Below, piece by piece: positions 1 to 9,172 of a stretch of DNA of 64,000 bases; the stretch's first letter is position 1; each line of letters opens with the position of its first letter. Where the stretch lies: NCBI GenBank assembly GCA_024762925.1, contig JANTGM010000010.1, positions 1 through 64,000 of the forward strand. Direction: 5' to 3'. Source of the DNA: Kofleriaceae bacterium. Lineage in GTDB: Bacteria > Myxococcota_A > Polyangia > Haliangiales > Haliangiaceae. The notes beneath the pieces were generated by a model. It was not told the DNA's origin. It saw only the letters and a program-made list of their open reading frames with translations, and ran no database searches. A program made the translations under genes and the position numbers.

Positions 1-400
1 TGCGCCTCGTGAGTAGGTAGGTTGTGCCTTTGAGAACTTGTCGAGGTTTCATACTGCACGTATCGAGAAACGCGCGGCGTGGTTGCGTCGAAATGCTGCT
101 CGGTCGGGCGGTGGGGGCTGTGGCAAAATGCTGCTCGGTCGGGCGGTGGCCGCGGCGTGATCCGGGAGGTCACGTATCGAGAAACGTGCGGCGTGGTTGC
201 GTCGAAATGCTCCTCGGTCGGGCGGTCGCGGTCGGGCGGTCGGCGAAATGCTGCTCGGTCGGGCGGTCGGCGGTCGGGCGGTCGGCGGTTGGGCGGGCGG
301 CGTGGTCGTGTCGGTCGTGTCGGTCGTGTCGGTCGTGTCGGTCGTGTCGGTCGTGTCGGTCGGAAGGTGCTCGGTGCGGAAGGTTCGACTCTGCTACGAT
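1..400. repeat. Complex tandem repeat array: a higher-order ~113-bp unit (57-169, repeated from 170), a 22-bp sub-unit aaatgctgctcggtcgggcggt (about 5 copies) and a 9-bp unit gtcgtgtcg in 7 copies (about 304-367)
   Basis: Direct reading: cacgtatcgagaaacg[c/t]gcggcgtggttgcgtcgaaatgct occurs at 57 and 170; the aaatgctgctcggtcgggcggt motif recurs at 92, 126, 205 and 246; (gtcgtgtcg)x7 follows. The ORF-track proteins over this region (VVSVVSVVS..., RSCRSCRSC...) are repeat artefacts. Confidence 0.8.
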
Positions 401-406
401 TGCAGA

Positions 407-1549
407 GTGTCTCGAGGGAGCTCAAAGCAGACTCAACTCACGGCGTTGGTACTGGCAGGAATCGCGATGCTCCTGTCCGCTTGCAGCTTGCTGTTTTCGG
501 CCGAGCTAGTTGACTACGAGCCCAGCAACGTCAGAAGCTTTTCCTTCACCGACGGGGCTGAGGATTGCCACATATCCCGTGGGCAAACGCTTCTCGTCGA
601 TACAGACGCGCGGCAAGTCTTGCTCGATGGTGTGCCCCTGAGCAACAACGTGGCACCGGTTATCAACTTGGTAAACCTTGTAGGTGGCACCCGCGCGATG
701 ACTCTTGCATGTCGCAACTTGCGGCTCGAAGAAGGCGCAACGCTGCATGGCACTGGATCGTTGGCCATCATCGTTCTGGCCAGTGAGAACATTTCTCTGT
801 TTGGCACAGTCGATGTGGCGGCGGTCATTACGTCCTCTGGCCCAGGCGGGCTCGGTAGCGCTCTAGGAACCCCAAGTACGTCGCCCGATCCCAAGGCCGC
901 TGGAAGTGGTGGCAGCTACGGCTCGCTGGGAGGAAACGGCACGACACCGCTCACAGCCGAGATGCTCTACGGCTCGCCCGAGCTTGTTCCCCTCATTGGT
1001 GGGGCTGCAGGGGGCGCTGCGGGTGATCCATCCTACATCGGGGGCGGTGGAGGAGGAGCGATTCAGTTTTCCGCGCGAGGAACACTTACGGTTGCTGGGC
1101 TTATCAATGCTGGCGGCGGTGGAGGACGAGGTACTGGCATGGCGAAAGACAAGGGGGCATCCGGTGGTGGAAGCGGTGGTGCGGTCTTGCTTGAGGCACC
1201 CGTGGTCACCATGGCTTCCACCGGCTTCGTTGCAGTCAATGGTGGCGGCGGCGGTGGCGGCACAGGAAGCAACCCAAGTCGCAACGGCCGCGATGGACAA
1301 AATGGGTCGGACGTCATAGCCCTTGGCGGTGATGCCTCACCAGATAATTCTCTAGGCGGAGATGGCGCGTTTGGGCTGCTGCCCGCGCAGGATGGTCATC
1401 AGCCTGTGGGCGGCGGTGGCGGCGGCGGCGGCGGTGGCGGCGGGTTTGGACGTATTCGCATCAATACGATGGGCAAGGTTGCGCAAGACTATGTGAGCGG
1501 CTTTAGCCCAACCATGGACTCGCCGGCTACGACACTAGGAAGCTTGTGA
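407..1549 (+). CDS. Glycine-rich secreted lipoprotein of unknown function (paralog of 43361-44575)
   Basis: In-frame GTG at 407 gives MSRGSSKQTQLTALVLAGIAMLLSAC, a signal peptide with a lipobox. Poly-Gly tracts (GGGGGGGGGGGG) are present. Blocks HGTGSLAIIVLASENISLFGTVDVAA and GGAVLLEAPVV...NGGGGGGGTGS align with RATGGRPLILVSWENLMVAGAIDVGS and GGAVYLLARKSL...NGGGGGGGTNQ of the ORF at 43361. The 197 start in the ORF track lies inside the tandem repeats. Confidence 0.6.
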   Translation: MSRGSSKQTQLTALVLAGIAMLLSACSLLFSAELVDYEPSNVRSFSFTDGAEDCHISRGQTLLVDTDARQVLLDGVPLSNNVAPVINLVNLVGGTRAMTLACRNLRLEEGATLHGTGSLAIIVLASENISLFGTVDVAAVITSSGPGGLGSALGTPSTSPDPKAAGSGGSYGSLGGNGTTPLTAEMLYGSPELVPLIGGAAGGAAGDPSYIGGGGGGAIQFSARGTLTVAGLINAGGGGGRGTGMAKDKGASGGGSGGAVLLEAPVVTMASTGFVAVNGGGGGGGTGSNPSRNGRDGQNGSDVIALGGDASPDNSLGGDGAFGLLPAQDGHQPVGGGGGGGGGGGGFGRIRINTMGKVAQDYVSGFSPTMDSPATTLGSL

Positions 1550-1573
1550 CGCGCTTTCGCGCACAGGACGATC

Positions 1574-2041
1574 CTACGCCGTCATCTCAAGAGAGGTTGG
1601 TGAGAGCACCCCTATCAAATCTGCGGCGAGCATGCGCACAAGAAAACCGCGCCGTCCTCCATTGATGTAGATGATGTCGAGGTCTGCGATCGTCTTCTGC
1701 ATGTAGATGGGCATGTCCTTGCGTGTGCCAAACGGCGAGGTGCCGCCTACTTGATAGCCAGAGTGTTTTTGCGCGGAAGCTGGGGAGCAGGGACGAATGC
1801 TCTTGGTTCCAACGTGTCTTGCCAGTGCCTTTGTGGAGACTTGATGGTCTCCGTGCATAAGTGCGATGAGAGGGCGCCTCATTTCGTCTTCGAAGATGAG
1901 AGTTTTGATGACAATATGCTCATGCACGCCCAGCGCTTTTGATGATGCTCGCGTGCCGCCTTTTTCAACGTACTTGTACTCGGCGGGTTCAAAGTCACAC
2001 CCAGCGGCTTCTAAGGCTCGTATTGCGGCGGTCTTTGCCAA
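1574..2041 (-). CDS. ybaK: Cys-tRNA(Pro)/Cys-tRNA(Cys) deacylase YbaK
   Basis: SGYQVGGTSPFGTRKDMPIYMQ and IYINGGRRGFLVRMLAADL align with E. coli YbaK [22 protein letters not shown] and IYVSGGKRGLDIELAAGDL; the length (155 aa) fits. Confidence 0.8.
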   Translation of the reverse strand: MAKTAAIRALEAAGCDFEPAEYKYVEKGGTRASSKALGVHEHIVIKTLIFEDEMRRPLIALMHGDHQVSTKALARHVGTKSIRPCSPASAQKHSGYQVGGTSPFGTRKDMPIYMQKTIADLDIIYINGGRRGFLVRMLAADLIGVLSPTSLEMTA

Positions 2042-2044
2042 GTG

Positions 2045-3757
2045 TTACTCGCAGGTCAAAGGTCGCGACCCGGAAAACTTGATGCGTGGCTTTTTCGCGT
2101 CAAAGAAGTCACTGCCACGTAGCTCTCCACCGCGCTTGGTGAGTTCTGTTGCCATTGCATCGCGAATTAGCGGGCCGCCATCGATCACCGTTTCGAGGGG
2201 CTCAAGCCCCGCAGAGCCAATCAGGCCATCACCCCCAGAGGCAACAAAGTCAGAGGTAGCAACGGTAATGACGTCCGCGTCGCGCACCACTTTGCCGTTC
2301 GGCCGAGTTATTCGAATTTCCAACGCGCCGCGCTTGCACTTCGCATCTACGAAAACTCCCGAGACGCTGAGCAGTCCGTTGTCGCGAACGAGATTGGCGG
2401 CAAAGAGGTTGCGCAGCGTTTTGCCCCTGAGCTTCACCAGAGCAAATCGATTGTCAAACGGCATTGCTTCAAATAGGCCGCCATAGTTGAGCGGCCCGCT
2501 TGGAAGGTCGGATCGGAGACTGCCACCGTTTGTGATTGCCACATCGGCGCCTGGCTGTGCTGCCAGCATCAAGTCGGTGAAGAGGTCTCCTAGCGCCGAG
2601 GCATCAGAGCGTGAACGCTGGATCCCGTTGGGCAAGGTAATGCCGAGCTCTTTGGAGCGCAGCGACTCGGCCACCGCCTGCGCCTCAGTAGCGACGGCGA
2701 GAACGTTCGCATCGATCTCGACTTGCGCTTCTTCGTACAAGCCGGGGGAGCATGTGGGCCCTTTGCCTTCGGAGCAGAGAGGCCGAGGCGGGAAGATCTT
2801 CTCAAACGCTATGCTGCCATCCGTCGCCACGCTGAAGTCCACGCGACCAAAGGCCTTGCCGTAGGAGTAGGACTCGATGATAGCGATCCCATTGACCTCG
2901 TGGGCCATTGCGCGATGGGTATGCCCCGCAACGATGACATCAACACTGCCTTTTGGAAGTGCGGCTGCAACTTCCATGATTTCGTGGGCACTACAGCTTG
3001 AGAGGTCCTTTGGATCTGAGAATTCTTCGCACTCGCCACCTGCATGTGCGGTAACAAGAACGGCTTGAGCACCTGCAGCGCGAAGGGCGCTGGCGTGCTC
3101 GTCGATGCGTGCAGCGAGCGGTGCCATCGAGAGCCCGATGAAGTTGGCTGGTAGTGTGACGTTTGGGGTTTCAAACGTTGAGACGCCAATGATGCCAAGC
3201 TTGATTCCTTGCACGTCGTGCATCATGGCTGGCATGACGTTGGGCCAGTCGATGGCCGCATGGGTTTCATCATCAAATATGTTGGAGCTGAGAAAGGGGA
3301 AGCTCGCATCTGCGGCTCGGGCCTTTAACGCTCCACGTGGATCTTGCCCCGGCTTGGAGACCGTAGCTTCGGGGCCAATGGGGCCGTAGTCAAATTCGTG
3401 ATTGCCGATGGCTGCGGCCGTGTAGCCGAGCATATTGTAGGCGGTGACAATCGGAGCGCCTTCTTCAAGATTCGATGCGAGGGTGCCCTGGAACATGTCG
3501 CCTCCATCGAGGAGAACGACAGCGCGCTCGGGGTGACTTCTAAGAATATTTAGGTAGCCACCAAAGAGGGGCAGCATCTCGACATGACCGTGAAGGTCGT
3601 TGGTGCCGATGATGCTTAGGGTGGTGATTGGTGGAGCCGGTGGAGCCTTGATGCCCGGATCCGCCGTGTCCTTTGCCGTGGGCTCATTGGGCCCACAGCT
3701 TGCCCCTGAGAGCCCTAGAAGGACAAGTATCGTGAATGAAGCTGAGAAGTACCGCAC
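2045..3757 (-). CDS. Bifunctional metallophosphatase/5'-nucleotidase (UshA family) lipoprotein
   Basis: Calcineurin-like motifs LLDGGDMFQG, GNHEFDYG and AGHTHRAM are present with a C-terminal 5'-nucleotidase substrate-binding region. The N-terminus LLGLSGASCG is a lipobox. Confidence 0.8.
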   Translation of the reverse strand: MRYFSASFTILVLLGLSGASCGPNEPTAKDTADPGIKAPPAPPITTLSIIGTNDLHGHVEMLPLFGGYLNILRSHPERAVVLLDGGDMFQGTLASNLEEGAPIVTAYNMLGYTAAAIGNHEFDYGPIGPEATVSKPGQDPRGALKARAADASFPFLSSNIFDDETHAAIDWPNVMPAMMHDVQGIKLGIIGVSTFETPNVTLPANFIGLSMAPLAARIDEHASALRAAGAQAVLVTAHAGGECEEFSDPKDLSSCSAHEIMEVAAALPKGSVDVIVAGHTHRAMAHEVNGIAIIESYSYGKAFGRVDFSVATDGSIAFEKIFPPRPLCSEGKGPTCSPGLYEEAQVEIDANVLAVATEAQAVAESLRSKELGITLPNGIQRSRSDASALGDLFTDLMLAAQPGADVAITNGGSLRSDLPSGPLNYGGLFEAMPFDNRFALVKLRGKTLRNLFAANLVRDNGLLSVSGVFVDAKCKRGALEIRITRPNGKVVRDADVITVATSDFVASGGDGLIGSAGLEPLETVIDGGPLIRDAMATELTKRGGELRGSDFFDAKKPRIKFSGSRPLTCE

Positions 3758-3763
3758 GAGTGC

Positions 3764-4480
3764 TTAGGGCTGCGGGCAGCTACCGATGTTGAAGCTGATC
3801 GTTTCACTCATCATGCTGCAGCCACCTTTTACAAGGGTTGGATCGGTCACCGCTGCGACCTCGGAGAAGACAACGTTTGTCATCGTGCCAGACACGCCTT
3901 CGGCACAGATCGTGTCGAAGACGATCGTACCGGAAGTGGCGCCGTATGGAGTGTGTGCGGAGAAGGTATTGATGTCGACGTCGTTTCCGGCCGCAGCTGC
4001 GGGAGCTGACAAGGTTCCAATGGCTTCAGCCAAGTCGTATTCGACGCCAGTCTCTAAGGTGAGATCAAAGACGACTGCGCCTACATCCAGCGTTGCTCCG
4101 ACAATTGGTGCAAGGGCGACGATGACAGGTCCTTGCGCAAAAATCTGGTCAAAGCCACTGCCGCCAATCTGTGAGGGCACGAAGTCTGCTGGGCATGCAC
4201 ATGGGGTTGAACCGGTACAGATTTGCCCCGGAGAATCACAGGTCTCACCGCAGCCACCACAGTTGAGGGAGTCGGTGCTGGTGTCGGTGCAGACTCCATC
4301 ACACACGGTACCCAAGCAGGGCGCCGCGTCCGGGACAACGGTTGATGCGTCAGGAATGGGAGGCGCTGCATCTGTGAAAGTGACCGTCGGGGCGTTGTCG
4401 TCGCCACTGCAGGCTGGGGTGAGGCCAAGGCCGAGAAGAAAGGGAAGGGCAAGAAGAGAACTTGGCGTTGATAGGCGCAT
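3764..4480 (-). CDS. Cys-rich secreted lipoprotein, unknown function
   Basis: ATG at 4480 gives MRLSTPSSLLALPFLLGLGLTPACSGDD with a lipobox. A cysteine knot CDGVCTDTSTDSLNCGGCGETCDSPGQICTGSTPCAC follows. The gene ends 7 nt upstream of the 5'-nucleotidase gene on the same strand. Confidence 0.55.
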   Translation of the reverse strand: MRLSTPSSLLALPFLLGLGLTPACSGDDNAPTVTFTDAAPPIPDASTVVPDAAPCLGTVCDGVCTDTSTDSLNCGGCGETCDSPGQICTGSTPCACPADFVPSQIGGSGFDQIFAQGPVIVALAPIVGATLDVGAVVFDLTLETGVEYDLAEAIGTLSAPAAAAGNDVDINTFSAHTPYGATSGTIVFDTICAEGVSGTMTNVVFSEVAAVTDPTLVKGGCSMMSETISFNIGSCPQP

Positions 4481-4556
4481 GTGGCAAATGACTCCGAAGA
4501 TTTGAGAATCCGTTCCTACCACGCCCGGCAAGCGCAGGGAAGCGAGCAAAACTCCA

Positions 4557-5909
4557 TCAAACCTCTACGTTTGCCCAGCTGCGTCGGCGCCAAACCACCA
4601 TCAAAACGGCGGATTGCAGCACTCGGTAGACGATGCGGGCCGTCCAAACGCCGATGAGCCCCCATCCGAGGACTGGCCCGATGACATAGGCGGCAGGAAG
4701 AAAGAGCAGCCATTGCATGCCGACATTGATGATAAGAGCAGTTCGAGTCGCGCCAGCGCCCATGATGCTGTTGAGCAGAACCATCAGGATGGCCTCGCCC
4801 CACACTGTGAGGCCGGCGAGTCGCAACGGGAGAATCGCTAGCTCCAACGCTTCTGGTTCATTGCTGAAGAACGCCTCAAGAATGAGACGAGGGGCGATTG
4901 CCATAGGCAAGCCAAGGCACACCATGATGGCGACCCCAACTTTGATGACGTCCCACGCCCAGCGCTCGGCATCGTCGATGTCCTTGCGACCCAAGGCTTG
5001 GCCAACGAGCGTTGCTGCAGCCAAGCCGAGTCCGAGTCCGGGAAGAAAGGCGACCATGGTCACGGTAATGAGTACGTTCATGGCCGCAACTTCAAAGGTG
5101 CCAACGCGACCCACGATTGTGAAGAGGGCAGTTAGGCCAGCGGCAAAAAACATGGATTGAAGCCCGGAGGGGACAGAGAGCTTCAACATCGAGAGCATGG
5201 TCTTGCGATCGGGGAGGCCCCGGAGAAATCCCGCCAAACGCGCGTGCGCCATTCCTAGGTAAAAGTAGTAGGCTGTGCCTATGAAGCCTGAAGCTGCGGT
5301 GCCAATTGCCGCTCCGGTGGCGCCCATCGCCGGAGCTCCCAAGGCGCCAAAGATCAGCACGTAGCTAATCGCAACATTGGAGATGTGCATGACGATCAAG
5401 GTGCGCAGATAGAGCTTGCTCTTGTTAACGCCGTTCCAGTAGCCGCGAAAGGCGAAGTTGGAGCCGATGGCAATCATGGCGATGAGCCGTACCTGAAGAT
5501 AGGGGACACCAATGCCTACAACCTCGGTGTCGGTTGTGAGGGCGCGGAAGAATGCTGGGGCTGTGAAAATGAGCACTGCGGAGAGCGGGATGGAGATGGC
5601 GGCGACGAGAAGAAGCCCGCCGTTTAGTGCAACCGCCGTTTCCGATTCGCGACCTTCGCCCTTTCGCCTAGAGGCGATGACCTGCACGCCCGTTGACATG
5701 CCCGTGACAAAGGCAATACCCAGGAAGTTGGCGAAGCTGCCAAAGCCCACTGCCGCGATCGACTTTGCCCCCAGGCTCGAAACCATGAGGGTATCGACGA
5801 GGTTGAGGATCGTCTGCGAGACCATTCCCAACATGATGGGGACGGCGAGCGCGAGAATCTGCTGGCGCCTCTTCGTTGGAAGACCGAGCACTAGCGCGTT
5901 TCCATCCAT
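4557..5909 (-). CDS. MATE family efflux transporter
   Basis: About 12 predicted TM helices. The N-terminus MDGNALVLGLPTKRRQQILALAVPIMLGMVSQ is typical of NorM/DinF-like MATE proteins, and the two-fold repeated architecture fits. Start taken at the internal ATG at 5909. Confidence 0.7.
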   Translation of the reverse strand: MDGNALVLGLPTKRRQQILALAVPIMLGMVSQTILNLVDTLMVSSLGAKSIAAVGFGSFANFLGIAFVTGMSTGVQVIASRRKGEGRESETAVALNGGLLLVAAISIPLSAVLIFTAPAFFRALTTDTEVVGIGVPYLQVRLIAMIAIGSNFAFRGYWNGVNKSKLYLRTLIVMHISNVAISYVLIFGALGAPAMGATGAAIGTAASGFIGTAYYFYLGMAHARLAGFLRGLPDRKTMLSMLKLSVPSGLQSMFFAAGLTALFTIVGRVGTFEVAAMNVLITVTMVAFLPGLGLGLAAATLVGQALGRKDIDDAERWAWDVIKVGVAIMVCLGLPMAIAPRLILEAFFSNEPEALELAILPLRLAGLTVWGEAILMVLLNSIMGAGATRTALIINVGMQWLLFLPAAYVIGPVLGWGLIGVWTARIVYRVLQSAVLMVVWRRRSWANVEV

Positions 5910-7066
5910 GTCGCGAAAGCACGGATGGCTTGGTGAAGCGTTGCGTCTTGTTTCGAGAAGCACAGGCGAATGAGATGACGTGCCTCGCGTCTATTGTGCC
6001 AACTTAGTGACATGGGGACGGCTGCAACGCCAACGTCTTTGGCGATCCGCAGGCAAAATTCCAGATCGTCGTCTTCAACGAGGTCTGAGATGTCAACATG
6101 ACAGAAGAAGGTGCCTTCGGGGACACGTACATCAAGGCCAAGCTCGCCCAGCCCACCGCAAAGCAAGTCGCGCTTTCGCAAATGCTCGCTTGCGAACTCT
6201 TCTAAGTAGCTCTTGGGTAGCTCTTCGATTGCAAAACGCGCTCCCTCGCTTAGAAACGCCGGCAAACAGAAATTGCTGAGCTCGTTGATCTTGCGAATGC
6301 CCGCGATCAGTGGCGCCGCTCCAAGCGCCCAACCAACCCGCCAGCCTGTCATAAGATAGGACTTCGAGAATGACGAAATCACCACGCTGCGGTTTCGTAA
6401 CTCGGGAATCTCAAGTGCGCTAACGTGAGTGGAGCCTGGAAATACCAAGTGCTCATACACTTCATCGGCAATCAGGTAGGCGTCAAAGCGTTCGCAAGCG
6501 CGCGCCACCATCATGAGTTCTTTGCTACTAAAGACATGCCCACTTGGATTGTTTGGCGTGTTGTAGACAATGAGTTTGGTGCGCTCGGACATTTGCGCAA
6601 GCAGTTCGTCTTCTTGCAAGGCAAACCCGGGCGGGCGCAGGGCCACAAACTTCGGCGTTGCGCCCGCGCGTCGTGCCATGGGGACGACCGGATTGTAAAA
6701 CGGTTCAATAAAGACGATTTCATCGCCGGGTTCAAGTAGGCCCAACATGGCACACGCCAGCGCACCCTGAGCGCCTGCAGTGACCGTGACCTCCAGGTCG
6801 TGGTCCAAATCGACGTTGTATCGGTTCTTCACATCATCGCGAAGTGCGATGCGCAGCGACTCAATGCCTCGTGGATCGGTGTACTGCTGGGGCCCATCCA
6901 GCAGCTGGCGTGCTGCAAGTTCGCGAACCTCTCTGGGGCCTTCGATACTAGGAAATCCCTGAGCTAGGTCTGCCGCGCCATGCGTCCGGGCCAAGCTAGA
7001 CATCGTATTGTAAATGCTGCTTTTGCCCCGCAGAACTTTGGGCATGAGAAATTGCTGGTCGCTCAT
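5891..7066 (-). CDS. PLP-dependent aminotransferase, class I/II (aspartate/methionine aminotransferase-like)
   Basis: PLP-lysine motif SFSKSYLMTGWRVGW, NPSGHVFS and YNTPNNPSG; about 390 aa. The stop overlaps the MATE start (5891-5909). Confidence 0.75.
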   Translation of the reverse strand: MSDQQFLMPKVLRGKSSIYNTMSSLARTHGAADLAQGFPSIEGPREVRELAARQLLDGPQQYTDPRGIESLRIALRDDVKNRYNVDLDHDLEVTVTAGAQGALACAMLGLLEPGDEIVFIEPFYNPVVPMARRAGATPKFVALRPPGFALQEDELLAQMSERTKLIVYNTPNNPSGHVFSSKELMMVARACERFDAYLIADEVYEHLVFPGSTHVSALEIPELRNRSVVISSFSKSYLMTGWRVGWALGAAPLIAGIRKINELSNFCLPAFLSEGARFAIEELPKSYLEEFASEHLRKRDLLCGGLGELGLDVRVPEGTFFCHVDISDLVEDDDLEFCLRIAKDVGVAAVPMSLSWHNRREARHLIRLCFSKQDATLHQAIRAFATWMETR

Positions 7067-7227
7067 CAGCCCCAACTATATTGGCGAGTGAGCCGCCAGG
7101 TGGTTGCCAGCCGGAACATTCGTGAGCCGAATCGAGCAAAGCCGCAGCGTATCGTTGCAAGCCCGAAAACGACCGAAGCCCACAGCGCAACGCTGCGGGC
7201 CCCGATGCAAGTAGCAAGCAAGCGCTG

Positions 7228-7698
7228 TTACTTGGTTGCTTCGCCAGCAGCTTTGGTCGCTTCGCCAGCGGCTTTGGTCGCTTCGCCAGCGGCTTTGACA
7301 GCCTCGTCGACTTTGCCTTCGCCAGCAGCTTTGGCAGCTTCTCCAGCGGCAGCAGCAGCTTCGGCACCAGCAGCAGCAGCTTCGGCACCAGCGGCAGCAG
7401 CGGCTTCACCGGCCTTGGCAGCTTCGCCAGCAGCAGCAGCAGCGGCGGCGGCACCTTCAGCACCAGCAGCAGCAGCAGCTTCACCAGCAGCAGCAGCAGC
7501 TTCGCCAGCAGCAGCAGCGGCTTCGCCAGCCTTAGCGGCAGCGGCAGCAGCCTCTTCAGGGATCGCGGTCTTTGCGGCTTCGACAGCCTCGCTAGCCTTG
7601 GGAGCGGTTTCGCCTCCCTCTTTCTCGTCCTTCTTACAGCCAGTGAAGACCAGGCCAAGAGATCCGAGAGCGACAAGAGCAAGTGTGAAACGTTTCAT
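7228..7698 (-). CDS. Ala/Glu-rich low-complexity lipoprotein
   Basis: MKRFTLALVALGSLGLVFTGCKK is a lipoprotein signal. The body is (GEAAAAA)n with a C-terminal (KAAGEAT)x3. The RBS AAAGGA lies 7 nt upstream of the ATG at 7698. Confidence 0.6.
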   Translation of the reverse strand: MKRFTLALVALGSLGLVFTGCKKDEKEGGETAPKASEAVEAAKTAIPEEAAAAAAKAGEAAAAAGEAAAAAGEAAAAAGAEGAAAAAAAAGEAAKAGEAAAAAGAEAAAAGAEAAAAAGEAAKAAGEGKVDEAVKAAGEATKAAGEATKAAGEATK

Positions 7699-7858
7699 AA
7701 TGAATCCTTTTGATTGTGTTTTTGTTTGGGAAGCGCGAGGCATCAACCTCACACCAACACGGTATTGGACCGATGCTGCGCCGTCCAAAGATCAAGTGTA
7801 ATCAATCGCACTGCGTTGTTAGAGAACCTGCTGCAGTTGTAAATCAGCGCATACAGGT

Positions 7859-9127
7859 TTGCCGAGAGCGGAGTATAATTGGCCTGATATGCTCTGTCTT
7901 ATTGTCCACAATCGAAGCGAAAAAAACTCCTTGCATTCGTTCGATGGCTATTGCAGGCGAAGTCAGGGGTTGGGCATTGGGATGCTGCTTCTTCTCATCG
8001 CCGCTCTCGTCATGGTGGAAAGCGCGGATGCAAGCGCGTGCGGAACAGTCATCCTGAGCTCGTCGCAAGAGGGGCAATCTGTGCCACAAGACCCCGCGAC
8101 AGTTCGAGCGCTCGATAGGCAGCACCCACAGATCATCCGCTCGGGGTTCATGGTCGGTGGCGGGGACGCAAGTGCCAGTCGTGACATCACAGCGAGTCTC
8201 TGGCTCGAGATTCGCAACTCGCCCGCATCGGTCCGTGGAGTTCTGTTGGAGCCGGTTTGGGGGAGCGGTCCCGATTCGCTATCGCAAATGTGGGGACGTG
8301 TTCATCCACTCTTTGATGGACTCGTTCAGGTAGCGCCAAATCAGGTGGGCCGATATCGAGACCAGCCGTTCACGTTGGGGGTGCGTGCGCGCTTCGTGCT
8401 TCAGGATGGCAGCCTAAGCGCACCCTCACTGCCGGTATTCATTCACCATGCAGGTTCGGCCGAACACACTGACGGAGTTGGGGCCGACTCGGTGTTCATG
8501 GTTCTCTGTCTCGTTGCACTCTTTGGTCTTTGGGTTGCCTTCAAGCGCGAGAACAACCCCGTGTTTCGGATCCGCATTGCCGCGGGAGCAGCGCTTGTCT
8601 CGCTGTTCTTTCTCTCCGTAACACCAGCGCTTTCGTGGCAGGTTGTCAACGACTCAAGTGGGTATGCGCCTTCCGTCGATTGCCACCTTGGTGATGAAGC
8701 ACAATGCGCCACATACGTTCCCGACTCTGGGCCAAATCCCATGTCGAGAAGCGATGTCGCTGCCGAGCGACGCTTTGAATTGGCAAGCTGGATGGGTGCC
8801 TCGTCTGCTTTGCGGGTGGGCATGGTCTGGTGTCTTATCCTTCTGTTGCCAGCACTGATCTGGCTCATGGTTGTTCCCACGTTGCGCCCCGCGCAAACCG
8901 CTGTAGCATTTGGCGCCTCGGCTGCCGGCTACACATTCTTGGCGGCACTTTTTTATCGACTGTGCACGCCATCGTGGATGGACCTCGATCTCACCTGTGC
9001 CTTCGACCTCACTTTGCTCACGAGCGGCACGATCTTCATGGCGATCGGGACGATCATTCGCTACTCGCTACTCATCGAATCTCGGAGCCGTTCTCCACTG
9101 CCCCCAGCCATTGCTAGGCGGATGTAG
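7859..9127 (+). CDS. Hypothetical multi-pass membrane protein with an N-terminal extracytoplasmic domain
   Basis: Long ORF with a hydrophobic N-terminal segment (LLLLIAALVMVESADASA) and four or more C-terminal TM helices. No recognisable catalytic motif. Start uncertain; an internal start near 7979 is possible. Confidence 0.4.
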   Translation: MPRAEYNWPDMLCLIVHNRSEKNSLHSFDGYCRRSQGLGIGMLLLLIAALVMVESADASACGTVILSSSQEGQSVPQDPATVRALDRQHPQIIRSGFMVGGGDASASRDITASLWLEIRNSPASVRGVLLEPVWGSGPDSLSQMWGRVHPLFDGLVQVAPNQVGRYRDQPFTLGVRARFVLQDGSLSAPSLPVFIHHAGSAEHTDGVGADSVFMVLCLVALFGLWVAFKRENNPVFRIRIAAGAALVSLFFLSVTPALSWQVVNDSSGYAPSVDCHLGDEAQCATYVPDSGPNPMSRSDVAAERRFELASWMGASSALRVGMVWCLILLLPALIWLMVVPTLRPAQTAVAFGASAAGYTFLAALFYRLCTPSWMDLDLTCAFDLTLLTSGTIFMAIGTIIRYSLLIESRSRSPLPPAIARRM

Positions 9128-9172
9128 AAGCCTTTCGCTCACGACCAGCTACCTGCTACCCTGCTGAGCATC

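Noticed and set aside
24-513. ORFs 24-509, 79-513 and the 197 start of the long ORF, encoding RSCRSCRSC/VGRVGRVGR/VVSVVSVVS peptides
   Set aside because: They are translations of the tandem-repeat array in three frames. The credible gene starts at the GTG at 407, directly in front of a lipoprotein signal peptide.
6980-7801. 273-aa (+) and 228-aa (-, 6996-7682) ORFs full of poly-Ala/poly-Leu
   Set aside because: They are mirror and alternate frames of the Ala-rich lipoprotein gene's GCN repeat. Only the 7228-7698 minus-strand frame has a signal peptide and an RBS.
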